Part shown: positions 17,966-26,265 of the stretch, in pieces
Layout: every line of letters begins with the position of its first letter
Position numbering within the stretch: the first letter of the stretch is position 1
From: an uncultured Solibacteraceae bacterium
GTDB lineage: Bacteria; Acidobacteriota; Terriglobia; Bryobacterales; Bryobacteraceae
Assembly: GCA_964430625.1 (NCBI GenBank)
Contig: CAYSFR010000003.1
Span: 329,266-393,265 of the forward strand
Direction: 5' to 3'
Length of the DNA stretch: 64,000 nt
Translations under genes and position numbers: made by a program
Notes under the pieces: model-generated
Databases searched by the model: none
What the model was told of the DNA's origin: nothing
What the model saw: the letters and a program-made list of their open reading frames with translations, nothing else

Positions 17966-19441
17966 ATGACGATTGAAACGCTGCTGCTGTACTGGAACAC
18001 GGTCCGATATCTGCGGCCGGTGCAGATTTACGGGCGGGTGCTGCGGCGGAGGCCACGGGTGTCGCGAGCGGCGCCGCCGCTGTTGCGGGAGCGGGAGGGT
18101 GTGGCGCGGATGGGGTGCCGGAAGGAGAGCGGCTGGCTGGGGGGGCGGCGGTTCCGGTTTCTAAACGAAGAGCGGGAGATTGTGACGTGGAACGACGCGG
18201 GGGTTCCGAAGCTGTGGCTGTATAACCTGCATTACCAGCATGGGGTGACGCGGGAGCTGATGGAATGGTGGGTACGGGAGAATCCGCCGGGGGAGGGGAA
18301 CGGGTGGGAGCCGTATCCGCTGTCGCTGCGGATTTGCAACTGGGTGTTGTGGATCCTGCAGGGGGGGAAGGCGTCGCGGGAGGTGCTGGTGAGCCTGGCG
18401 ACGCAGGTGCGGTATCTGCGGGATTCGATTGAGTGGCATTTGCAGGGGAACCACCTGTTTGTGAACGGGAAGGCGCTGGTGCTGGCGGGGGGGCTGTTTG
18501 CCGAAGACGGGTGGCTCGAGTTGGGGCGGAAGATCGTGGCGCGGGGGATGGCGGAGCAGGTGCTGGAAGATGGGGGGCACTTTGAGCGGAGCCCGATGTA
18601 CCATGCGCTGGCGCTGGAGGATGTGCTGGACCTGGTGAATGTGGGGGAGCGGGAGTGGACGGAGACGGCGGGGCGGATGTGGGGATGGCTGGAGAAGATG
18701 ACGCTGCCGGACGGGGAGGCGGCGTTTTTCAACGATACGACGGGCGGGGTGGCGCCGGGGTTGGGAGAACTGGCGGGTTACATGGAGCGGTTAGGGTTGT
18801 TCGGGGTGCCGGTGAAGCTGGGGGAGAGCGGTTTTGTGCGGCTGGAGGGGGAGGGGGTGACGGTGGTGATGGATGCGGGGAGCGTAGGGCCGAGCTATCA
18901 GCCGGGGCATGCGCACGCGGGGACGCTGAGCGTGGAGGTTTGTATGGGGGGGAAGAGGGTGGTGGTGAACCAGGGGATTTCGACGTACGAGAAGAATGCG
19001 CAGCGGCAGTGGGAGAGGGGAACGGGGGCGCACAGTACGTTGCGGGTGGACGGGCAGGATTCGAGCGAGGTGTGGGGCGGGTTCCGGGTGGCGCGGCGGG
19101 CGCGGGTGGTGGGGAGGACGACGGATGGACTGCGATGGGCGGAAGCGGGGCATGACGGGTACCGGCGGATGGGGGTGCGGCACTGGCGGAAGGTGCTGGT
19201 GGTTGGGGGACGGGTGGAGGTAAAGGACCGGCTGGAGGGGAAGGGGCGGCACCGGGTGGAGGTGCTGTTCCATATGGGAGTGGGGGAGACGGGGGAGCGG
19301 GTGCGGCTGGACGGGAAACTGGGGCGGGAGGAGCGGCGGGGGGAGTGGCACGGGGGGTATGGATTGACGGAGGAGATAGTGACGGTGGCGGGGGTTTGGG
19401 AGGGGGAGTTGCCGGTGGAGTTTGTGAGCGTGGTGGGGTAG
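17966..19441 (+). CDS. Heparinase II/III-like family protein
   Basis: 491 aa. Motifs: GNHLFVNGKALVLAGGLF, DGGHFERSPMYHALALEDVLDL, DGEAAFFNDT, GHAHAGTLSVEV. Confidence 0.8.
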   Translation: MTIETLLLYWNTVRYLRPVQIYGRVLRRRPRVSRAAPPLLREREGVARMGCRKESGWLGGRRFRFLNEEREIVTWNDAGVPKLWLYNLHYQHGVTRELMEWWVRENPPGEGNGWEPYPLSLRICNWVLWILQGGKASREVLVSLATQVRYLRDSIEWHLQGNHLFVNGKALVLAGGLFAEDGWLELGRKIVARGMAEQVLEDGGHFERSPMYHALALEDVLDLVNVGEREWTETAGRMWGWLEKMTLPDGEAAFFNDTTGGVAPGLGELAGYMERLGLFGVPVKLGESGFVRLEGEGVTVVMDAGSVGPSYQPGHAHAGTLSVEVCMGGKRVVVNQGISTYEKNAQRQWERGTGAHSTLRVDGQDSSEVWGGFRVARRARVVGRTTDGLRWAEAGHDGYRRMGVRHWRKVLVVGGRVEVKDRLEGKGRHRVEVLFHMGVGETGERVRLDGKLGREERRGEWHGGYGLTEEIVTVAGVWEGELPVEFVSVVG

Positions 19442-19562
19442 CGTGCGGGGGAAGGCGGGACTTCCGCGAGGCCAGTGGAAGGGCTGGGACGGAACGAATG
19501 GGTCGGCGGGGAATAGACAGAGATAGATGGGACACCCAGCGGGGGTGGCCGGACAGGTATAT

Positions 19563-20642
19563 ATGAAAGTGATTGTGGTGGCCGGAGCGCGGCCGAACTT
19601 TATGAAAGTGGCGCCGCTGCTGCGCGTGTTTGGGGCGCGGGCGGGGGTGGAGACCGTGTTTGTGCATACGGGGCAGCACTACGACGCGAAGATGTCGGAC
19701 GACTTTTTGCGGGATTTAGGGATGCCGGATCCGGATGTACATTTGGGGGCGGGAGGGGGGAGCCACGCGGAGCAGACGGCGAAGGTGCTGGTGGGGTTTG
19801 AGAAGGTGTGTTTGGAGGAGCGGCCGGAGTGGGTGGTGGTGGTGGGGGATGTGAATTCGACGGTGGCGTGTACGCTGGCCGCGAAGAAGCTGGGGGTGAA
19901 GGTGGCGCATGTAGAGGCGGGGTTGCGGTCCGGGGACCGGGAGATGCCGGAGGAGATTAACCGGCTGTGTACGGACGCGATTGCGGATCTACTGCTGACG
20001 ACGGAGAAGGGGGCGGGGGAGAACCTGCGGCGGGAGGGGGTGGCGGAGGAGCGGGTGGTGTTTGCGGGGAACACGATGATCGACAGCCTGGCGGCCAATC
20101 TGGAGAAGGCGAAGGGGAAGGCGCTGCCGGAGGGGGTGGAGGCGGGGCGGTACGGGGTGGTGACGCTGCACCGGCCGAGCAATGTTGACCAGGGGGAGAC
20201 GCTGCGGCCGCTGCTGGAGGGGGTGGCGAGGGTGGCGGAGCGGACACGGGTGGTGTTTCCGATGCATCCGCGGACGCGGAAGAATGTAGGGGCGTTCGGG
20301 CTGGAGGGGTTGCTGGGGAGGGTGACGGTGACGGAACCGATGGGGTATTTGGAGTTTGTGGGGCTGGTGGCGCGGGCGCAGTTTGTGCTGACCGATAGCG
20401 GAGGAATCCAGGAGGAGACGACGTATTTGGGGGTGCCGTGCCTGACGCTGCGGCAGAATACGGAGCGTCCGGTGACGTGCGAAGAGGGGACGAATGTGCT
20501 GGTGGGGAATGACCTGGGGCTGATGGAGCGGCTGCTGGGGGATGCGGTGGAGGGGCGATGGAAGCGGGCGACGGTGCCGGCGCTGTGGGACGGGCGGGCG
20601 GCGGAGCGGATTGTGGAGGCGATTTGCGGATTCTCTTCTTAG
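19563..20642 (+). CDS. wecB: UDP-N-acetylglucosamine 2-epimerase (non-hydrolysing)
   Basis: MKVIVVAGARPNFMKVAPLL, HTGQHYD, VVGDVNSTVACTLAAKKLGVKVAHVEAGLRS, LTDSGGIQEETTYLGVPCLTLRQNTERP. The ATG at 19563 is preferred over the upstream ATG at 19527. Confidence 0.9.
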   Translation: MKVIVVAGARPNFMKVAPLLRVFGARAGVETVFVHTGQHYDAKMSDDFLRDLGMPDPDVHLGAGGGSHAEQTAKVLVGFEKVCLEERPEWVVVVGDVNSTVACTLAAKKLGVKVAHVEAGLRSGDREMPEEINRLCTDAIADLLLTTEKGAGENLRREGVAEERVVFAGNTMIDSLAANLEKAKGKALPEGVEAGRYGVVTLHRPSNVDQGETLRPLLEGVARVAERTRVVFPMHPRTRKNVGAFGLEGLLGRVTVTEPMGYLEFVGLVARAQFVLTDSGGIQEETTYLGVPCLTLRQNTERPVTCEEGTNVLVGNDLGLMERLLGDAVEGRWKRATVPALWDGRAAERIVEAICGFSS

Positions 20643-21844
20643 CCGATAACTTTCCGCCGGAGCGGAATGCGCAGGCGTCGCGGGTGTATGAGCGGGCGTG
20701 TTACTGGGTGCGGTGGGGGCACCAGGTAACTGTCGTAACTTGCGCGCCTAACTTCCCGGAGGGGAAGTTATTCGCCGGTTATAAGAACCAGTGGCACGCG
20801 ACGGAGGAGATGAACGGGATCCGGGTGGTGCGGGTGAAGACGTTCATTGCGGCTAACAAAGGGGCGGCGCTGCGGACGCTGGATTTTCTGTCGTATATGG
20901 TGACGGGGTTCTGGGCGGGGTGGCGGGAGGAGCAGCCGGACCTGGTGGTGGCGACGTCGCCGCAGTTTTTTGCGGCGGTGGCGGGGTGGGGGTTGGGGAA
21001 GGTGCGGGGGGTGCCGTTTGTGATGGAGTTGTCGGACCTGTGGCCGGACTCGATTGTGGCGGTGGGGGCGATGAAGAAGAATGTGGCGCTGGTGTGGCTG
21101 GAGAAGCTGGAGCTGTTTTTGTACCGGCAGGCGAAGCGGGTGGTGGCGCTGACGGGGGCGTTCCGGGAGAACCTGATGCGGCGGGGGATCGATGGGGGGA
21201 AGGTGGACGTGGTGATTAACGGGGTGGACCTGGAGAGGTACGCACCGCAGGAGCGGAAGGGGGAGTTGGGGAAGGAGTGGGGAATCGGGGAGGGAGAGTT
21301 TGTGGTGGGGTACATTGGGACGCACGGGATGGCGCATGCGCTAGAGAATGTGTTGCGGGCCGCGGACTTAATGCGGGGGCGGGCGGTGAAGTTTCTGTTT
21401 GTGGGGGCGGGGGCGGAGCGGGAGCGGCTGATGGGGATGAAAGCGGAGATGAGGCTGGAGAATGTGGTGTTTGTGCCGGCGCAGGGGAAGGACAAGATAC
21501 AGGATTACTGGGGGCTGTGCGACGTGGCGCTGGTGCATTTGAAAGATACGCCGACGTTTGAGACGGTGATTCCGTCGAAGATATTTGAGGCGATGGCGAT
21601 GCGGCTGCCGATATTGCTGGCGTCGCCGCGGGGGGAGGCGTCGCGAATTGTGGAGGGGGATGGGGTGGGGCTGTGGGTGAAGGCGGAGGACGCGAGGGAG
21701 CTGGCGGGGGCGGTGGCGCGGATGATGGAGGACCGGGGGCTGACGGCGGGACTGGCGGCGCGGGCGCTGGAGATGGCGCCGGCGTACAGCCGGGAGAAGC
21801 AGGCGCGGGACATGATGGCGAGTCTGGAGCGGGCGGTGGGTTGA
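20624..21844 (+). CDS. Glycosyltransferase family 4, WbuB-like
   Basis: RILFLADNFPPERNAQASRVYERACYWVRWGHQVTVVTCAPNFPEGK, and C-terminal SKIFEAMAMRLPILLASPRGEAS. The TTG at 20624 gives the canonical (M)RILFL start and a 19-nt overlap with wecB. The maximal ORF starts at 20558. Confidence 0.8.
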   Translation: MRILFLADNFPPERNAQASRVYERACYWVRWGHQVTVVTCAPNFPEGKLFAGYKNQWHATEEMNGIRVVRVKTFIAANKGAALRTLDFLSYMVTGFWAGWREEQPDLVVATSPQFFAAVAGWGLGKVRGVPFVMELSDLWPDSIVAVGAMKKNVALVWLEKLELFLYRQAKRVVALTGAFRENLMRRGIDGGKVDVVINGVDLERYAPQERKGELGKEWGIGEGEFVVGYIGTHGMAHALENVLRAADLMRGRAVKFLFVGAGAERERLMGMKAEMRLENVVFVPAQGKDKIQDYWGLCDVALVHLKDTPTFETVIPSKIFEAMAMRLPILLASPRGEASRIVEGDGVGLWVKAEDARELAGAVARMMEDRGLTAGLAARALEMAPAYSREKQARDMMASLERAVG

Positions 21845-22078
21845 GAGGCGGCAGGATGCGAATGTGGAGGCGCAGGGAAGCGCAAACGCATGATTTCGTT
21901 CGACCCGGCGCGGGGAGGAGGTGGAGTATGGGAGTGACCAATGGGATGGTCCGACCGTACTCCGCGGTCCGGCCCGCGCTTATCCGGGGGGATGGGCTGG
22001 GGGCGGGCCGCGGAGGATGGCCGAAATATTTTGCCCCCATTTTCCCGGGAGTACGCATAAGGTAATAGAAGTGGCATT

Positions 22079-23500
22079 ATGTATTCTTTATTGACACTGG
22101 CGTTGGGGTCGTTTTTGTTGTCGCTGTTGCTGACGCCATTCGTTCGAAATGTCTCGGTGAGCCGCGGCTGGGTGGACGCTCCGGACAGCCGGCGGAAGTT
22201 GCACCGGGTGGCGATACCGCGGACGGGGGGCGTGGCGGTGATCGGGGCGTACCTGATCTCCTACGGGGTGCTGGTGCTGGCGGGGTTCAAGGGAAGTACG
22301 CTGCTGGACCTGGATATGGTGTGGCGGCTGGCGCCGGCGGTGGGGATTGTTTTCCTGGTGGGGCTGGTGGACGATTTGAAAGGGATGACGGCGTGGCAGA
22401 AGCTGGCGGGGCAGTTGCTGGCGGCGACGGTGGCGTTTGCGAGCGGGGTGCAGGTGCACGGGGTGGGCGGTTACGTGGTGCCGGAGTATCTGGAGATGCC
22501 GGTGACGCTGGGGTGGCTGATCCTGGTGACGAATGCGGTGAACCTGATTGACGGGATGGACGGGCTGGCGACGGGGGTCTCGCTGTTCGCGACGCTGACC
22601 ATTCTGACGGCGGGGCTGCAGACGAACAATATTCCGCTGGCGATGGCGGTGATCCCGCTGGCGGGGGCGCTGCTGGGGTTTCTGCGGTATAACTTCAACC
22701 CGGCGACGATTTTTTTGGGCGATTGCGGGTCGTTAACGATCGGGTTTTTGCTGGGGTGTTTTGGCATTTTTTGGTCGCAAAAGAGTGCAACGATTTTGGG
22801 GGTAACGTCACCATTATTAGCGCTAGCCATTCCTTTGCTGGATTCAGGGCTGGCGGTGGTGCGGCGGTTTCTGCGGAGGCAGCCGATTTTCGGGGCGGAC
22901 CGGGGGCATGTGCACCACCGGCTGCTGGACCGCGGGCTGAGCGTACGGCAGGCGGCGCTGCTGCTGTACGGGGTTTCGCTGGTGTTTGCGGTGTTGAGCC
23001 TGGTTAGCTCCGTGGTGCATGACAGTTACGCGGGGGTGATTCTGGTGCTGTTCGGGTCCGTAACTTGGATCGGGGTGCAATCCCTGGGATATGTGGAGAT
23101 CAATATGGCAGGCAGATTGTTATTGGGAGGAGGGTTCCGGCGGATGCTGGTAGGCCAGCTTGTGCTGCGGAACTTTGAAGAGGCGCTGGCGGCGGCGAAG
23201 GGCGGGGAGGAGATCTGGGATGCGGTGCGGGGGACGGCGCGGGAGCTGGGGTTCGACCGGGTGGAGATGGAGTTGCGGGGGGAGCGGCGGGCGGAGCGGA
23301 TGCGGGAGGGGCTGGCGGCGGCAGAATGGACGGCTGAAGTGCCGCTGCCGGGGGGCGACTGGGTGAAGTTAACAAGGCCGTTTGACGCGACTACGCACCA
23401 GGCGGCGATGGGGCCTTTTCTGGACGCGCTGCGTAAAGGGCTGATTCATAAGAAGATTGAGCTGGACGGAGAGGCACGGGCGCGGGCGGCTGGGGCCTAA
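22079..23500 (+). CDS. Undecaprenyl-phosphate HexNAc-1-phosphate transferase (WecA/WbpL, MraY-like family) with an extra C-terminal soluble extension of about 120 aa
   Basis: 473 aa. It is polytopic and has the NAVNLIDGMDGLATG motif. It also has an N-terminal PDSRRKLHRVAIPRTGG. The tail after about residue 345 is hydrophilic. Confidence 0.85.
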   Translation: MYSLLTLALGSFLLSLLLTPFVRNVSVSRGWVDAPDSRRKLHRVAIPRTGGVAVIGAYLISYGVLVLAGFKGSTLLDLDMVWRLAPAVGIVFLVGLVDDLKGMTAWQKLAGQLLAATVAFASGVQVHGVGGYVVPEYLEMPVTLGWLILVTNAVNLIDGMDGLATGVSLFATLTILTAGLQTNNIPLAMAVIPLAGALLGFLRYNFNPATIFLGDCGSLTIGFLLGCFGIFWSQKSATILGVTSPLLALAIPLLDSGLAVVRRFLRRQPIFGADRGHVHHRLLDRGLSVRQAALLLYGVSLVFAVLSLVSSVVHDSYAGVILVLFGSVTWIGVQSLGYVEINMAGRLLLGGGFRRMLVGQLVLRNFEEALAAAKGGEEIWDAVRGTARELGFDRVEMELRGERRAERMREGLAAAEWTAEVPLPGGDWVKLTRPFDATTHQAAMGPFLDALRKGLIHKKIELDGEARARAAGA

Positions 23501-23592
23501 AGTGTCATACGGAAATCGCCGATATACAGCGAAGTTGGTACTTGTAGCGGCGGTAATACAACGGTACATTAAATAATACGGAGGAATTGTCA

Positions 23593-24039
23593 ATGGTCGG
23601 AAAGTTTCTACTCGCTGCGGTACTCGCGGTGGGTTGTGTGCAGGCAGGTGAAAAAGCGGCGGGGAATGTGACCTCGGCGCAGGGGTTGCAGTTGAACGGG
23701 CAGGCCGTTCCTGTGGCCGCGGCAAAGAGCTGGCCGGTGGCGACCGGCGATGAGCTGAAGACAGACGCGGCACCGGTGGTGCTGACGTTGAAGGACGGCA
23801 GCCGGCTGGTGCTGGGCAAGCAGAGCCAGGCGAAGGTGGAAGCGGGCATGGTGCGGCTGGTGGCGGGGACGATGCAGTACGAACTAGCACAGCGGAGCAC
23901 GATGCAGGTGGCGGTGAAGAGTGAAGTGCTGCCGGCGCGGACGGGATTGGCGTCGACAGTGGCGAACCCGGTGCGTCCGGTGGTTTCGGCCGTGGCGGCA
24001 TCGGAAGCGGCTCCGCCGATTTCGCGGCGACGCCCGTAA
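23593..24039 (+). CDS. Small secreted protein, FecR-like beta-sandwich segment
   Basis: AGGAGG lies 8 nt upstream of the ATG at 23593. Signal-like N-terminus: MVGKFLLAAVLAVGCVQA. FecR-type pattern: GDELKTDAAPVVLTLKDGSRLVLGKQSQAKVE. Confidence 0.5.
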   Translation: MVGKFLLAAVLAVGCVQAGEKAAGNVTSAQGLQLNGQAVPVAAAKSWPVATGDELKTDAAPVVLTLKDGSRLVLGKQSQAKVEAGMVRLVAGTMQYELAQRSTMQVAVKSEVLPARTGLASTVANPVRPVVSAVAASEAAPPISRRRP

Positions 24040-24153
24040 GCAATTTTCTTAAAAAACAGTAGGCCCGAAGTGAAGAGAGCGCGAGAAAGCGCCGATGGTG
24101 GTTAGTGGGCTGGACGGAAGATTTGAGACCGAACTTCTAAAGGAGTGGCATTC

Positions 24154-24948
24154 GTGAGGAATTTACTACTTGTGGGCATATTGAGCGCGGCCAGCATGAT
24201 GGCGGCGCCGGTTTTCACCGTGATCCCGACGTTTGGGCCGAACCCTGGTTCGAGTTCCTTCAGCGGGTGGGTGACGAATACGATTAACGGACTGCGTGGT
24301 CTGCAGGTGCCGCCGGTGGGTACGGGCGCGCAGCAGTACAACCCGATGGCGAACGGGGCGACGGTGCAGGCGGGGCAGTTGATTGCGACGGAGACGTTGA
24401 ATTTCCTGTCGTGGCAGGGAACGACGCCGGGAACGCTGCCGGTGACGGGCGCGAACACGAACGAGTTGGGGAACACGCTTTACTTCTCGCTGATTGTGCA
24501 GGAGTCGACGCCCGGGTTGGATTCGTTCTCGCTGGGCGAGTTAATTGTGGATGAGACGTATCTGGGTACGGCGTATGGCACGAGCCCGTTGAGCCCTGGG
24601 AACCCTTATCGTCCGGCTGCCGTTGGCGTGCAGGGGAACGGTACGGTGTTGAACGACGGTATCACGAGCGAGAACACGTTGGTGAACGCGCTGTATTACG
24701 TTGGTGTTGGGTTCTCGTGGCAGGCTTTGCCGGGCAGCGGGTCGAACCAGGACGTGCTGAACCAGAACATTGCCGCGATTCAGGGATTGAGCGACCGGAC
24801 GACGTCGGTGTGCTACGGGAGCAACACGACGTACGACTGTGCGAGCGTGAACGTGGCTGGGGCGGAGAGCGGCATTCCGGAGCCGGGGACCTGGGCGCTG
24901 ATGGGCGCGGGCTTGGCCGGGCTGGCGCTGCTGCGGCGCCGGGCGTAA
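24154..24948 (+). CDS. PEP-CTERM sorting-domain protein (exosortase substrate)
   Basis: Signal peptide RNLLLVGILSAASMMAAP. The C-terminus GIPEPGTWALMGAGLAGLALLRRRA is a PEP motif plus TM helix plus basic tail. GTG at 24154 lies 9 nt after AAGGAG. The maximal ORF starts at 24145. Confidence 0.8.
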   Translation: MRNLLLVGILSAASMMAAPVFTVIPTFGPNPGSSSFSGWVTNTINGLRGLQVPPVGTGAQQYNPMANGATVQAGQLIATETLNFLSWQGTTPGTLPVTGANTNELGNTLYFSLIVQESTPGLDSFSLGELIVDETYLGTAYGTSPLSPGNPYRPAAVGVQGNGTVLNDGITSENTLVNALYYVGVGFSWQALPGSGSNQDVLNQNIAAIQGLSDRTTSVCYGSNTTYDCASVNVAGAESGIPEPGTWALMGAGLAGLALLRRRA

Positions 24949-25047
24949 GCGTTCGGAACTAAAAATAGTGCGAAAATAACCGGGCCGGGGTTGCTCTTTG
25001 CGAAGAGCGACTCCGGCCCGGATGCGTTTTGGGGGGAGGAAAAGGGG

Positions 25048-26265
25048 ATGGACGTGGTGACGCTGGTGCTGGCGGGGCTGGGGATGGCCGGGGCGGTGTT
25101 TTTCTTTGGCGGGGTGACGCAGCCGGAGTGGGGTGTGTGCATGGGGCTGCTGGGGGTGGCGGGGGCGGTGTACTGGGGGGGGGCGAAGAAGTATAAACGA
25201 GCGCCGGAGGACTGGTGGCTGGTGGCGGGGGTGGTGGGGGTGGTGGTGTGGACGTGGGCGCAGGCGATGTGGTTTTCGGTGGCACCGCGGCGGACGATGG
25301 AGTACGTGTTTACGAACGCCGCGGCGGGGGGGATGCTGCTGCTGGGGCGGGAGTTGGGGTGGCGGTGGAGGAGGCGGTTGTGGGTGGCGGTGGTGCCGCT
25401 GCTGGTGGTGGCGGGGCTGGAGGGGGGGCTGGGGCTGTTTCAGTTTTTGACGATGCGGGCGGGGACGGGGCCGGTGGATTCGGCGACGGGGACGTATGCG
25501 AACCGGAACCATTTTGCGGGGTTGCTAGAGATGGTGTTGCCGCTGGCGGTGGCGGGGGCGTGGGAGTGGCGGAGGAGGTGGTGGGCAGCGGCGGGGATGC
25601 TGGCGGTGGGGGGGCTGCTGGTGTTGGGGACGGTGATCAGCTTGTCGCGGATGGGTTTCGTGGCGGCGCTGGGGGGGCTGTTTGTGTTGGGGGTACTGCT
25701 GCTGGGTGGGCGGGGAAGAGTGGCGGCGGCGGGGGTGGCGGGGGTGGTGCTGGCGGTGGCGTTTGTGGTGTTGCCGACGGACGAGTGGATTGCGCGGTTT
25801 GCGTCGATTGCGCAGACGGAGGATGTGTCGGCGGATTCGCGGGCGCAGATCTGGCGGGATACGCTGCCGATGGTGAAGGAGTATTGGAAGACGGGGGCGG
25901 GGATGGGGGCGTACCAGGCGGCGTTCTACCGGTTCAAGAGTGTGGCGCCGGACAATACGGTGGACTACGCGCATAACGACTATTTGCAGTACCTGGTGGA
26001 GCTGGGGGTGGTGGGGTTCGGGCTGGCGCTGGGGGTGGCGGGGCGGTGTTTTTACTGGATGGGGAGGGGGCTGGAGCGGAGCTGGGTGGTGGCGGGGGCG
26101 TGGGGGGCGGCGGCGGCGATGGCGATGCACTCGCTGGTGGATTTCAACCTTTACATTCCGGGGAATGTGGTGGTGCTGGCGTGGATTCTGGGGGTGGCGA
26201 CGGCGCCGGCGATGACGGAGGAGCAGCGGGCGGGGAGCGCCCGCGCTGCGGTTATTTCGGGATAA
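25048..26265 (+). CDS. O-antigen ligase/polymerase-like (Wzy_C) membrane protein
   Basis: Polytopic. Motifs: SLSRMGFVAALGGLFVLG and DYAHNDYLQYLVELGVVGFGLALG. ATG at 25048 follows GGGGAGGA. The maximal ORF starts at 24991. Confidence 0.75.
   Translation: MDVVTLVLAGLGMAGAVFFFGGVTQPEWGVCMGLLGVAGAVYWGGAKKYKRAPEDWWLVAGVVGVVVWTWAQAMWFSVAPRRTMEYVFTNAAAGGMLLLGRELGWRWRRRLWVAVVPLLVVAGLEGGLGLFQFLTMRAGTGPVDSATGTYANRNHFAGLLEMVLPLAVAGAWEWRRRWWAAAGMLAVGGLLVLGTVISLSRMGFVAALGGLFVLGVLLLGGRGRVAAAGVAGVVLAVAFVVLPTDEWIARFASIAQTEDVSADSRAQIWRDTLPMVKEYWKTGAGMGAYQAAFYRFKSVAPDNTVDYAHNDYLQYLVELGVVGFGLALGVAGRCFYWMGRGLERSWVVAGAWGAAAAMAMHSLVDFNLYIPGNVVVLAWILGVATAPAMTEEQRAGSARAAVISG

Noticed and set aside
15861-18056. 731-aa minus-strand ORF spanning the oxidoreductase gene and the start of the heparinase-like gene
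   Set aside because: The translation is almost only R/P/H/Q/L. It is the antisense register of a gene whose codons nearly all end in G, so the antisense codons start with C and cannot be stops. It has no domain-like sequence and is fully overlapped by two well-supported + strand genes.
18729-19679. 316-aa Pro-rich minus-strand ORF, plus 18791..19351 and the Gly-rich + ORFs at 18655..19155 and 18996..19223
   Set aside because: These are low-complexity shadow frames of the heparinase II/III-like gene, produced by the same high-GC/G3 artefact.
20779-22077. Several 190-280-aa minus-strand ORFs (20768..21337, 20779..21495, 21216..22058, 21505..22077)
   Set aside because: They are antisense shadows of the WbuB-like GT gene and its downstream spacer. 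They are P/R/S/A-rich with no motifs.
22064-22085. TGGCAT just upstream of the wecA-family ATG as a sigma-54 -24 element. Similar TGGCAC strings lie inside coding regions, e.g. near 35510.
   Set aside because: No GC dinucleotide lies at the required 12-nt offset. The other TGGCAC occurrences are intragenic and lack a -12 element.
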